Below are positions 54,531-64,000 of a DNA stretch of 64,000 nucleotides, in pieces. The notes beneath the pieces were generated by a model. The model saw only the letters and a program-made list of their open reading frames with translations. It was not told the origin of the DNA and did no database searches. The position numbers were made by a program, and so were the translations under genes. Within the stretch, counting starts at the first letter, position 1; the number at the start of each line of letters is the position of its first letter. The stretch lies in IMG/VR virus record IMGVR_UViG_3300036406_001149; one strand, given 5' to 3'. Origin of the DNA: a virus.

Positions 54531-56309
54531 ATGAGCAGTATTGATTTACATTATGGTAGAAATAAATTTTCTACAATATCTGGTACAGCTTACAGATTGC
54601 CTCTACCACTGGTAACTGTCGATACAACAACAAATGTAGATAATGATGGAAATATACTTTCATTTGTATCTTCTATTCAGCTAGAAGGAACAATTATTGG
54701 GAGTGGAATTTCTTCTTTAATGACTGCGTATTCTGGTATACAGAATTTTTTTACTAACAATAGTAATCAGGGTCAAAATTTTAGCATTCTCTGCAATAAT
54801 ACTAATATTAGTACATATAGTGGAGTATACTTAAAATCTATTAATGCCCAAAAAAGCAATGATAATTGGACAGTGTTACTACCATATTCTATTACGCTGG
54901 AAAGCGCCTACCCTGCATCAGGAGTGATAGGATTAATACAGTCATTTGAAGATTCATGGTCTATAGAACCTTTAGAAGAAATATCTTATGTTAATTATGT
55001 TAAAGATGCTGTTCTTAAAGATTTTAAACCATCACAAGCTAATAGAGATTTGAATTCTCCTCCAGCAGACTCTATTCTCTACAATAAAGCAGTATCTGTT
55101 CAAGTAGAGAATATCCTACAACATAGAATCACTCATCGAGTCAGTGCTGTTGGTAAAAGTATAGATAGAAGTGATCTTGTAAATCCTTCTGTTATTATTA
55201 ATAAAAATCCAGCATATATAGAAGCAGCTAGATGGGTAGCAGATAGACTTAATAAGTCATACTCAACAACTAGTATTAGTACCCCAACAGGTATCACAAT
55301 TCTTTCTTCTCCGTCTTCTCCTCCTACTACAGGATTGTATTTATATAATCACGTTCGTACGATTGAATCAAATGTATCTGCTGGATCGTATGGTATTGTG
55401 GATACCTGGTTAGCTTTAACTTCTGGAATTAAATATACAGAAGAATTTACTTGGGAAATTAACACAGATGATAAATTAATTAAAACAGTAACTATGAATG
55501 GAACTATTAAGGGATTGGAGGCAGTAGGTGGTAACGGCTTTACCATGTTTCCTGATCAGTCTATGACAGGAGTGATTAATCCTAATTTTCCCTCTAAATT
55601 TTCTAATCAAAATCAAACAAACAACAAGTTTTCTGTAGCAATTAGTGGTTACAATAATCATGTCAAACCGTATCTTTATCAAAGAGCTTCCTTAGCATTA
55701 TCTGCTATTCCAGGAGGAGCAAAAGCATCTTCCAGCAGTAACACAACAGATCAGATATTTTTTGGCCCATCTGCAAATAATCCATTAAATGTTATTCCTG
55801 CTCAATATAGCGAATCTATGAATCCAGTCGCAGGAACAGTAGGATACAATGTTGTTTATTCAAATAGACCAGGGTCATTTATTCCTGGATCTTTATCTTC
55901 CAGTATTACAGTCACAGACTCAGCCCCTTCTGATCAAGTAGCAGAAACTTTTATTTTAGGCAGACCATTGGGTCCTATATTAGAAAAAGTAGGTACTACT
56001 AAATCCGAAAGAAGGGTTAATGTAGAGATTCTATATCCCGCCCCAACAGGATATGTTCAAGCTCATCCACAATCTCCACAGTGTGTGGTTTATAGCGGTA
56101 ATGCTTCTTTCCAGCAACTACAACAATTAGTCAATTCTTTTAGGCCCATAGCAGCCGAAGCTTTTGCTAGTATAGTACCTACGTCATCTTATTCCATAGC
56201 CAATCAAGGATTAGTATTCAAAACTAGTGATAGTAGAAATTGGAATCCTTTTGAGGGTAGATTTTCATGGGATATTACATGGGTATATAATACTGGAGAA
56301 TGTTTATAA
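54531..56309 (+). CDS. Tail-tip/distal tail (hub-like) protein, putative
   Basis: Repeated tube-like beta segments; position after tape measure and fibres. Confidence 0.4.
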   Translation: MSSIDLHYGRNKFSTISGTAYRLPLPLVTVDTTTNVDNDGNILSFVSSIQLEGTIIGSGISSLMTAYSGIQNFFTNNSNQGQNFSILCNNTNISTYSGVYLKSINAQKSNDNWTVLLPYSITLESAYPASGVIGLIQSFEDSWSIEPLEEISYVNYVKDAVLKDFKPSQANRDLNSPPADSILYNKAVSVQVENILQHRITHRVSAVGKSIDRSDLVNPSVIINKNPAYIEAARWVADRLNKSYSTTSISTPTGITILSSPSSPPTTGLYLYNHVRTIESNVSAGSYGIVDTWLALTSGIKYTEEFTWEINTDDKLIKTVTMNGTIKGLEAVGGNGFTMFPDQSMTGVINPNFPSKFSNQNQTNNKFSVAISGYNNHVKPYLYQRASLALSAIPGGAKASSSSNTTDQIFFGPSANNPLNVIPAQYSESMNPVAGTVGYNVVYSNRPGSFIPGSLSSSITVTDSAPSDQVAETFILGRPLGPILEKVGTTKSERRVNVEILYPAPTGYVQAHPQSPQCVVYSGNASFQQLQQLVNSFRPIAAEAFASIVPTSSYSIANQGLVFKTSDSRNWNPFEGRFSWDITWVYNTGECL

Positions 56310-56328
56310 CACAAGGTAAGAGGACAAT

Positions 56329-59300
56329 ATGACAACACCGTGCTATACGACAATTACAAAATCAGGAACAAACGGAGGACCAGCAACCAACTATAAAATA
56401 TGTTGCTCTAAGGTTTATGCTCAAACTCTGTTTTTAGGATGTAGTATCAAATCTTTCAATGCTTCTTTGGCATGGGGCTCAGAATCCAGTAGATTAACTG
56501 TTGAATTAGTATATGACTCTTGTAAATATCCTTCTTTAACTGATATTAACGGCACGAGAGTTCCAAGACCAACACAAGATAATGCCTATGTAACAGCTAG
56601 ACAAAATAATAATTTTAGCAAGGACGAGAATGGGAATAGCTTAATCCCAGCAAAGGTATATTATGTAGCATCAAACGGAGCAATTGTTTCTAGGTATTGG
56701 TCTGATCCTGACCCTGGTTTTTATGCGGACATGCCTGATCCCAATTTGAGTATAGATATTGTAGGAACACCCGTTTATTTTATTTATGACGATTTTTCAT
56801 TTAATGGTATTGTTAAATCTTGGGAAAAAAGCAATTCTTCTTCGGGTACTGATAGCTATACTGTAATTATAGAATCTCCATCGTATTTACTATCTCAAAC
56901 TAATATGATTTTATCAGATTATGTTGGTTCTATACATTCTAAAGTTGCCTCCGATTCTACTTGGTATTCCGAAAATCAATATCTTGGATTTCCTAGTTTA
57001 GAATACAGTAATGATTATACAGGTTTGATAGGGAATCAAAATATACCTAATCTTATCAATATTTATGGATATTTAGAAGATAATTCTAATTTCAATGGTA
57101 CAGGTGGTAGTAGCGGAGCTTTATTTGATCCAATAACTCGTACGCCAGAATATTCTTATGGCAGATCTATGAAGAATGATCGAGGTATACCTGTTTTGAA
57201 AATTTTAACAGCATTATATGAACTTACAAGTACTGGAGAAGCATATGTAAATAATATTCCTAATCAAGCAGGATATAGAAAATTATTCAGATATGCTCCT
57301 TATGCTAGAATTGTTGGTAAGCCGCCTTTATTAAAAAATACTACTACTATTTATAACTGGCAGAATACAGATAGGTTTCGTATGGGTCTTATAGAACCTA
57401 AACAATTGTCTGTAGACGGAGTTAATGTTTATTTAAGTCCTTTTATGCTAGATATAAGTAATTTAGTAGATAATGGTTTTATTCCAGCAGAATATCGTAT
57501 GAGCGAAACTAATTTAGATATTTTAAGTTTAGTTAATAATATAGCAGATAATACTGGTCAAGAAGTTTTTATTAGTTTAGAAATATTCTGTGTAGGTAAT
57601 TTTACATACCCTGTTATCAAAGTTAATACTTATTCTAATCTAAGAACACCTGGAGATACGGCTGTACAGTCTTTTATCGATGGTATAACAGACGCTGGAG
57701 CAACCATAACTGCAACAAATAAGGGAGAAGAATTTAATAATACTAAACCCGTTAGATCAGTATATATTGGAGGTAAACAACAAAGATTATATCAGGTAAA
57801 AAATGTAAAATATGCTGTTTCGCAAAGTACTCTCAAATACAATCCATATACTAAAACTTTTGCTCAAGTACAACACTATGGACCAAGTGCTACACAACAA
57901 TATAGATTTCCAGATCTTAATAGTTTAAGAAATTTAGATATGGGATATGTTGTAAATACTGTTTTAGGAGTTACTGGCAGAGTTGATGCAAGGGCTGCGG
58001 GAGCTTTTAATACGACGGATACATGGGCTACTAATATATTAAGAGGTAATTATCAAAAACCTCTTAACGTTGTTGGTACTCAAATATCTCCCGCAGAATT
58101 GAGTTATCCTTCTAGTTTATCTGATGCTATTTGTCCTTTTTTTGGTACGGATCCTTTTACTAAATTAGTGAGACCTATTTATCACAATTATAATGAAATA
58201 AATTTACAAACAGGAAATCCTCAAATTAATCCATTTGGCAATAAATCTGGTTTAGGATTTGTTGTAGAGTTTAGCGCTGCAGAAATAGAAAATATAGTAG
58301 GATATAATTTAACTGATCGAACTCCTATTGGAATTTCTGAGTTAGAGTTCAGAGCAGCTATGAGTGGACCAGACGCTTATATTGCATTTATAACTGCCGT
58401 CGCGGCTGAATCAGTATCTCTCGGAATATCCCCTTCTGCTGTTAAACTAGATATATATCGTAAAGTATTAAGATTTTTAGTTAATTTTGGACCTAGTATA
58501 TCTATGGGATTAAAAAATCATTATAATGCTTATAGCAATTCACAATCAGGAGGACAAAGCGTACCTACAGGACCAGCTTCTAGTATTTATACTGATCAAA
58601 GAGCATACGGAGTATTCGTTAAATTACAACAGTTTTTGAAAAATATTGCTGATGAATATTATGGTAAACAATTTATGATTAGTGTTCCTTCTCCTCAAAT
58701 ATATACAGATATTAACACAGCATATCAAGTTACAGGAACTCTGCCAAACGGAAATGATATTCCTTTAACTGGAGGTAGTCAAAAAATTTATTCGTCTTTT
58801 GAGCTAGCAACAGACGGAGCATGGGAAGAACCAGGCAATGTGATAGATGATACTCTAACAATAGGAACATCAGATGTTGATGAATTTATTAATGATAATG
58901 GACTAATACAAACCATATTAGGCTATAGTAATTTACCTCTCTATAATTATTATAGAGAATTTGAATATTCTTTATATAATAATACCATTAATTTTAATAC
59001 AAATTTTAATTTTTATAACTTTACAAAATTTGATGCATATCGAAGCGCTGGTGTTTTTCATAACTGGTCAACATCTAATCCAACATTTTATTGGGAACCA
59101 TCTTTGATGTTTTCAGGAGATAAATATAAGGTAGTGCCATATAGACATTCTTTTTCAGACAGCTATAACTCCAGAACTATACCAGCGGACCTAGCTTCTA
59201 AAGTATATGTTAAAGCAGATGTTGAAGAAAATTTAGTGTTTGCTAAAAATGGTAATTCTGTTATTCCCAAAATTATTGTAAAAACAGATAAAATAGATAT

Positions 59301-61716
59301 TAATCCGATATCACCAGACGCACTAAGTGTTAGTGCTGCTATAGCAGAATTTATGTTGCCAGAATATTCTGCTACTAATAATGCTGTAATTTCTATTAGA
59401 GCTAAAAAAATTCTAGCTATTAGTAATAGATATGTTAACAATGGCGCCGGATTTACTGCTGAAAACTATTTACAGGATAGTGGAAACAAACAATATAACA
59501 ACCTATCTATTGCTCCAAAAGCAGCTATGCCAGCATTTGCCGCTATTCCCGTCAAAGATAATAGAGCTGTATACGGACCATGGATTAGCTCTCCAGATAT
59601 GTTTATAGACGATATTTTTTCGTATTTAGGAGACGACTCAGCTCATAAATCAAGAAAACTAGAAACACTAATCGGAGGAGTTAACGTAAATGTAGACCCA
59701 AGTCTTGTTCCATGGAACTATGGAAGTATGGTAGTTTTAGATATGGTGGCTATTCAACTAGCTACACAAGATAATAATTATCAACTTAAGGGAGAAACTG
59801 GTCAGTTATCATATTACGGCACTCCAATGTTTAATTTAGGAAATGAGTTGAAAGCTGCTGCATATGCATTCGGAGGACCAGTAATCAATAATATACAAAC
59901 ACAAATCAGCGAAAACGGCCCATTAACTACGTATACATTTAGAACATATACAAAGAAATTTAGTTTATTTAATAAAGAAAATGCAGATAGATTAAAAGAG
60001 GCAGGCGAACAAAATATTAGATTTGAAAAACAACTAAGGCAACAGTATGCGGCTATTAGAGAACAACTAAGTTCCATAGCTGGTCGCCCAACACTTTCAA
60101 ATTTTGATCTAGGAGCATCTGTACCAAAACTGAGATCTTACAGTCCATTGAATGTTTTAGTTGGTTATTCTTCTCCATTTTTTAGTCGTAAAGCTACTAA
60201 ACAGCCCAAATTTCTAGCTAATCGATTTGATAATACTAACATATGGACGGGAGACAGTATTCGTCAATTAACCACTGTTACTTTACAAAATATTAGAGAA
60301 GTACCATCAGAATTTGAAAATTCTTATAGTTCCAAAGCATTTATGAGTATGGATGGTTTATTGCAGCCTATATCTTTTTATCCAACGTTGTCCAACTCTA
60401 CTACTCCTCTAAAAAAATATTATACAAGTGGTTGTCCGTTTTGTAACGGAACCAAACAATATTCTTTTACTTTATCTGATGGAAATACCAGATCTCTATG
60501 GTGTGATTTTTGTAGTGGTGAAGTAGCTGGTTCTGAAGCAGGACCATCAGATGCTAGTAATGGAAGATTACCTCCCTTTATTTTATCGAACGAAGCTGAT
60601 TCGTCCATTATCAGAGATCCAAATGCTGTGAGCGCTCTACTAGATAATTTTAAACGAAAACGAATTAATTATGTTAATTTAAATCCTCTCATTATGCCAG
60701 TTGGAGAATTACGTAATCAATATGCTCAGCTTAATGACTTTACAGCTCATCATATCGACATTGTTGGTAGAAGTCAAGTACCTCCACAATCTTTATCATT
60801 TTATCAGAATTTGGATATAGATCAAAATGGTAGAGAATACTCTGATCAAAATAATAGTTTTGCTGATGCAGATATTAATTCTAAATCTTTTGATAATGTT
60901 AATAATCGTACTAATACTAGTATTACTCAGATGAATTATAGATTTTTAGGATTACGAGGTCCATTGATAATGGCTGGCTGGGGGTTTGACACAGAGGGAT
61001 ATCCTGTTCCTAATGCTTCTGGTGAGCCAAAAGGATTTTTTAGTAATGGCCAGCCTTGGAGAATCTCATCTTTAACACAGCAACAAACAGGAACAGAAGG
61101 GGCAATACTCGGCAAAAATCAAGAATGGTCGAATGATGAAGGAAGATGGAGTGAGCCTACGAGAGAAGATAAATTTTATCAGGGTTGGGGTTTAAGGCCG
61201 GATTCGTGGCCAGTCGGACCAGTAGACCTTAGATGGGATCATGCGAAAAAAGTGTGGACTACTCCACAGCCATATAAGCTCGTTGATATACAATTAGAAG
61301 ATGATCTTGTACCACCATTTCCTGCTAGAGGCTTCTTAAATGCCGTAGACAGAAAAACACCACTACCCAATGGTCTCAGGCGCATGGTATTTGTCAAAGA
61401 TTCGTCTGAAACATTTGGAGCACCAAGAGGCGCAAAAATTTTATGTTATTATGATGAAGGTTCTGGCTTTTATGAACCAATATCTCGTCAAAATATTATT
61501 GCTTTAGGATATATACAAAGCAATGGTTCTGCTAGGATTTTTAATGCATATGCTAAAGGTTACGATCCAGTTACCGGGTTGCCAGAAAGTCCAGAAGAAA
61601 TAACCGTTCAATATGGGAATCCTTTGAATTTCCCATTAACTACTCCAAACCAGACCGGTGTATTTATGTATATAAGGAATTCATGGACTCTTATTAGTAC
61701 ATATAGCTGCACTTAA
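56329..61716 (+). CDS. Large baseplate hub/central tip protein (1795 aa), putative
   Basis: N-terminal hub-like LTVELV...FNGIVKSWEK segment; CPFC...CDFC zinc-finger-like motif; position. Confidence 0.5.
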   Translation: MTTPCYTTITKSGTNGGPATNYKICCSKVYAQTLFLGCSIKSFNASLAWGSESSRLTVELVYDSCKYPSLTDINGTRVPRPTQDNAYVTARQNNNFSKDENGNSLIPAKVYYVASNGAIVSRYWSDPDPGFYADMPDPNLSIDIVGTPVYFIYDDFSFNGIVKSWEKSNSSSGTDSYTVIIESPSYLLSQTNMILSDYVGSIHSKVASDSTWYSENQYLGFPSLEYSNDYTGLIGNQNIPNLINIYGYLEDNSNFNGTGGSSGALFDPITRTPEYSYGRSMKNDRGIPVLKILTALYELTSTGEAYVNNIPNQAGYRKLFRYAPYARIVGKPPLLKNTTTIYNWQNTDRFRMGLIEPKQLSVDGVNVYLSPFMLDISNLVDNGFIPAEYRMSETNLDILSLVNNIADNTGQEVFISLEIFCVGNFTYPVIKVNTYSNLRTPGDTAVQSFIDGITDAGATITATNKGEEFNNTKPVRSVYIGGKQQRLYQVKNVKYAVSQSTLKYNPYTKTFAQVQHYGPSATQQYRFPDLNSLRNLDMGYVVNTVLGVTGRVDARAAGAFNTTDTWATNILRGNYQKPLNVVGTQISPAELSYPSSLSDAICPFFGTDPFTKLVRPIYHNYNEINLQTGNPQINPFGNKSGLGFVVEFSAAEIENIVGYNLTDRTPIGISELEFRAAMSGPDAYIAFITAVAAESVSLGISPSAVKLDIYRKVLRFLVNFGPSISMGLKNHYNAYSNSQSGGQSVPTGPASSIYTDQRAYGVFVKLQQFLKNIADEYYGKQFMISVPSPQIYTDINTAYQVTGTLPNGNDIPLTGGSQKIYSSFELATDGAWEEPGNVIDDTLTIGTSDVDEFINDNGLIQTILGYSNLPLYNYYREFEYSLYNNTINFNTNFNFYNFTKFDAYRSAGVFHNWSTSNPTFYWEPSLMFSGDKYKVVPYRHSFSDSYNSRTIPADLASKVYVKADVEENLVFAKNGNSVIPKIIVKTDKIDINPISPDALSVSAAIAEFMLPEYSATNNAVISIRAKKILAISNRYVNNGAGFTAENYLQDSGNKQYNNLSIAPKAAMPAFAAIPVKDNRAVYGPWISSPDMFIDDIFSYLGDDSAHKSRKLETLIGGVNVNVDPSLVPWNYGSMVVLDMVAIQLATQDNNYQLKGETGQLSYYGTPMFNLGNELKAAAYAFGGPVINNIQTQISENGPLTTYTFRTYTKKFSLFNKENADRLKEAGEQNIRFEKQLRQQYAAIREQLSSIAGRPTLSNFDLGASVPKLRSYSPLNVLVGYSSPFFSRKATKQPKFLANRFDNTNIWTGDSIRQLTTVTLQNIREVPSEFENSYSSKAFMSMDGLLQPISFYPTLSNSTTPLKKYYTSGCPFCNGTKQYSFTLSDGNTRSLWCDFCSGEVAGSEAGPSDASNGRLPPFILSNEADSSIIRDPNAVSALLDNFKRKRINYVNLNPLIMPVGELRNQYAQLNDFTAHHIDIVGRSQVPPQSLSFYQNLDIDQNGREYSDQNNSFADADINSKSFDNVNNRTNTSITQMNYRFLGLRGPLIMAGWGFDTEGYPVPNASGEPKGFFSNGQPWRISSLTQQQTGTEGAILGKNQEWSNDEGRWSEPTREDKFYQGWGLRPDSWPVGPVDLRWDHAKKVWTTPQPYKLVDIQLEDDLVPPFPARGFLNAVDRKTPLPNGLRRMVFVKDSSETFGAPRGAKILCYYDEGSGFYEPISRQNIIALGYIQSNGSARIFNAYAKGYDPVTGLPESPEEITVQYGNPLNFPLTTPNQTGVFMYIRNSWTLISTYSCT

Positions 61717-61727
61717 AAAGGAATAGT

Positions 61728-64000
61728 ATGGCCGCCTGTGATTGTGATATTAAGAATAATTTATTAGTATATGAATTATTAAACAATATAGATAATACTG
61801 TTTTTAACTATGATTTAGCAGATTATATAAAGCCGTACGATGTTTCGTATAGCGGCGTATGGATGCCCTATTTTCATACAACTCAACCAAAATCCATCGA
61901 TGGGTCCATATGGAAAGAATATACCAGTAATACTTGTCAATCTAGCACTCCGAATGGTTTGGGTGTTGCTAATTTCTTATATATTCCGCAAACACAGGGT
62001 TTAAAAAATTGGTCTGTAACTGGACCCTTATTTATGAATTTAGATTGGGTTGTTAATTTTCAACCTTGTGCTAATTATAATGAAACTATTTTATTTTGGT
62101 ATAGATATTGGGATATAAATAGAGAAAATGACAATAGACTAGTTCCTGGTGTCGATTTATATATTTCAGATGGTGATTTTGCTATTATTAATGGAGCACC
62201 AAATGTTACTGATAATTTAAAAAATAGCGCACGATTAATTAAACAATCATTGACATCTGCTAAAATTACGTGTGATGTAGACTGGTTATCAAAGCTGTTA
62301 TCTTCTGGCCCTCAGATAGATTGGGTTACTGAGATTCTAACAGGAGCAGGAATAGACGAGTGTGAAAAGTTTGAGCCAGGATGGACGGTAGAATCTATTC
62401 AATATCCTAGAGATGAATATTATAGAATACTACCTTTCTTAAAATTAATGTCAGATAAACCATATAATGATATTGGAACCAATAATTATATTCAATCTAA
62501 AAGTGATTTAATTTATAAACTAGTTTCTAAATGTGGTTTGCAGCTTGTAATTCCTCCAAACTCTACAACAATTTTTACTTCTAATTTTACTAGCGATACC
62601 GGACCCAATATCTCTATTAGTTCAAATCAACAACTTTTTGTTCCATCTAATAATCCTGGAGCAGGATATTCTGTTGCTTATAGTGTTGGAGACTTATTAT
62701 TTAAAGCAGCTCCATCTGGTTTTGTTAATCCCATTATGACAAAGTATAATAGTACTGTCTTGGCTGATACTCATAGACTAAATACATTTACTCTTAATGA
62801 TAAAGTTTTAGGTTATAACCTATCTCCTGTAGTGTCCGGAACATTTGATCCTAATATTTCTAATATACAATTTCATGGTTTTGGTGGAGTAAAAATTAAT
62901 ACAGATATTAAATTAGGACAAGCTTGTGATAATGAATTTAATCTTAACTTAGGTGGAGTCATTTCTATTACCATGATCAATGGAGGGTCCGATTATACCT
63001 CTCCTCCTACCGTAAGTATACAGCCATCCGCGTCTGATTCGGGAGCAGGAGGAGCAACAGGAATAGCTGTTATTGGAGATGGAGCATTACAAGAAATTAA
63101 TATCATCAATCCAGGTAAAAATTACTTTACTCCACCAAAGGTTTACATAGTTGGTGGAGGTGGAACAGGAGCCACAGCTGTTGCACAAGTATCTGAAGAT
63201 GGACTTATTACAAATATCAATTTACAAAATCGTGGAACAGGATATTATTCACAACCAACGATATATTTGATTGGTTGCGGAACAGAAGGTGTTGCCGAAG
63301 CAGAATTAACCTCTAGCGGACAAGTAACTAGGGTTATCATCACTAATCCTGGTTCGGGTTTTACTAAATCTCCGTCTATTAGTTTTAGTGGAGGAGGAGG
63401 ATCAGGTGCTCAAGCCAAGGGAACAGTAGCTGGTACCCAGCATGAATTTCAAGAAGATACTGGAGAATTACCCAAGGCGAGATACTGCTCTGGATCAACC
63501 TATGGACAACAAACAGTTAATATCCCAGATGGTTTGGGTTCTGGTCCATACTATGTTAGAATCACAGGTAATGTAAGCGATGATTTATTAGTAAATGGAA
63601 CCATAATCGACTGCGGAAGATATGCTTCGGGAACATACAAATGCAACAACGACCATAGTATAGATTACTTATTTAAAACTTCCTCGTCATTCTTCACCAT
63701 AGCTGTTAAAAATAATTTTGGTGGAATAATCTCATATAATTTAAAAATAACCTTCTCAGGCTCTGCTAAATATAATAATACGAAACAATTCGATGATAAA
63801 CCCTTTTTTATCGACAACTATCGTCCTGCAAATAGAGTTTATGATACATTTGAAACCGGCCCAGCTGCTATAAGCATAGGATTTACTACAGCTAGTAATA
63901 GTCAATTACGCATTAAAGAAAATTTTAATCTTAATTATTTAAGAAGTGCTTCTAAGCCATCTTGTCCTGCTTTTATAGAAACCAATTCTCAAGAATGTGA
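61728..64000 (+). CDS. Large virion/baseplate protein, truncated by the window end
   Basis: Not in ORF track; AAGGA RBS, ATG 61728 (MAACDCDIKN...), frame read open to 64000; repeated INxGxGY...PxVxIxGGGGxGA units as in T4-like baseplate wedge proteins. Confidence 0.75.
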   Translation, partial: MAACDCDIKNNLLVYELLNNIDNTVFNYDLADYIKPYDVSYSGVWMPYFHTTQPKSIDGSIWKEYTSNTCQSSTPNGLGVANFLYIPQTQGLKNWSVTGPLFMNLDWVVNFQPCANYNETILFWYRYWDINRENDNRLVPGVDLYISDGDFAIINGAPNVTDNLKNSARLIKQSLTSAKITCDVDWLSKLLSSGPQIDWVTEILTGAGIDECEKFEPGWTVESIQYPRDEYYRILPFLKLMSDKPYNDIGTNNYIQSKSDLIYKLVSKCGLQLVIPPNSTTIFTSNFTSDTGPNISISSNQQLFVPSNNPGAGYSVAYSVGDLLFKAAPSGFVNPIMTKYNSTVLADTHRLNTFTLNDKVLGYNLSPVVSGTFDPNISNIQFHGFGGVKINTDIKLGQACDNEFNLNLGGVISITMINGGSDYTSPPTVSIQPSASDSGAGGATGIAVIGDGALQEINIINPGKNYFTPPKVYIVGGGGTGATAVAQVSEDGLITNINLQNRGTGYYSQPTIYLIGCGTEGVAEAELTSSGQVTRVIITNPGSGFTKSPSISFSGGGGSGAQAKGTVAGTQHEFQEDTGELPKARYCSGSTYGQQTVNIPDGLGSGPYYVRITGNVSDDLLVNGTIIDCGRYASGTYKCNNDHSIDYLFKTSSSFFTIAVKNNFGGIISYNLKITFSGSAKYNNTKQFDDKPFFIDNYRPANRVYDTFETGPAAISIGFTTASNSQLRIKENFNLNYLRSASKPSCPAFIETNSQEC

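Noticed and set aside
10248-60608. Numerous minus-strand ORFs inside structural genes (e.g. 15320..15820, 21588..22578, 35281..35979, 42304..42828)
   Set aside because: Fully overlap long plus-strand genes; composition mirrors codon bias (poly-Pro opposite poly-Gly); no RBS.
1-64000. Stop-codon reassignment
   Set aside because: Long genes are intact under the standard code and TAA, TAG and TGA all terminate tightly packed genes.

Overview
A 64-kb AT-rich fragment of a large tailed dsDNA phage (Caudoviricetes). No sheath gene is visible, so the tail is probably long and non-contractile. (1) 1-5310: minus-strand early/host-takeover region of about 20 very short genes, about ten sigma70-type promoters (five with perfect TTGACA/TATAAT) and five copies of a structured element of two 29-bp palindromes exactly 53 bp apart; an 18-bp palindromic operator sits upstream of five of these promoters. 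(2) 5423-11955: GDP-fucose genes (fcl, gmd) interleaved with a phage sigma factor, HNH and ERCC4 nucleases and the large terminase. (3) 12010-17199: portal, protease-scaffold, decoration and major capsid proteins. (4) 17402-32825: fibres, glycine-rich proteins, neck, tail tube and chaperones. (5) 32915-50308: a 5797-aa tape-measure protein. It carries eight copies of a DTVPAxLTPGEFV module resembling the lambda gpH processing region, separating cargo-like domains: a HAD phosphatase, a possible PD-(D/E)xK nuclease, two ADP-ribosyltransferases of different classes, pre-toxin-like membrane hairpins and LRR-like repeats. I read it as a candidate injected effector polyprotein, the most interesting system here. 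(6) 50326-64000: tail-tip and fibre genes, the last truncated by the window edge. All family assignments come from motif recognition by eye; no database searches were run and the host is not determined.
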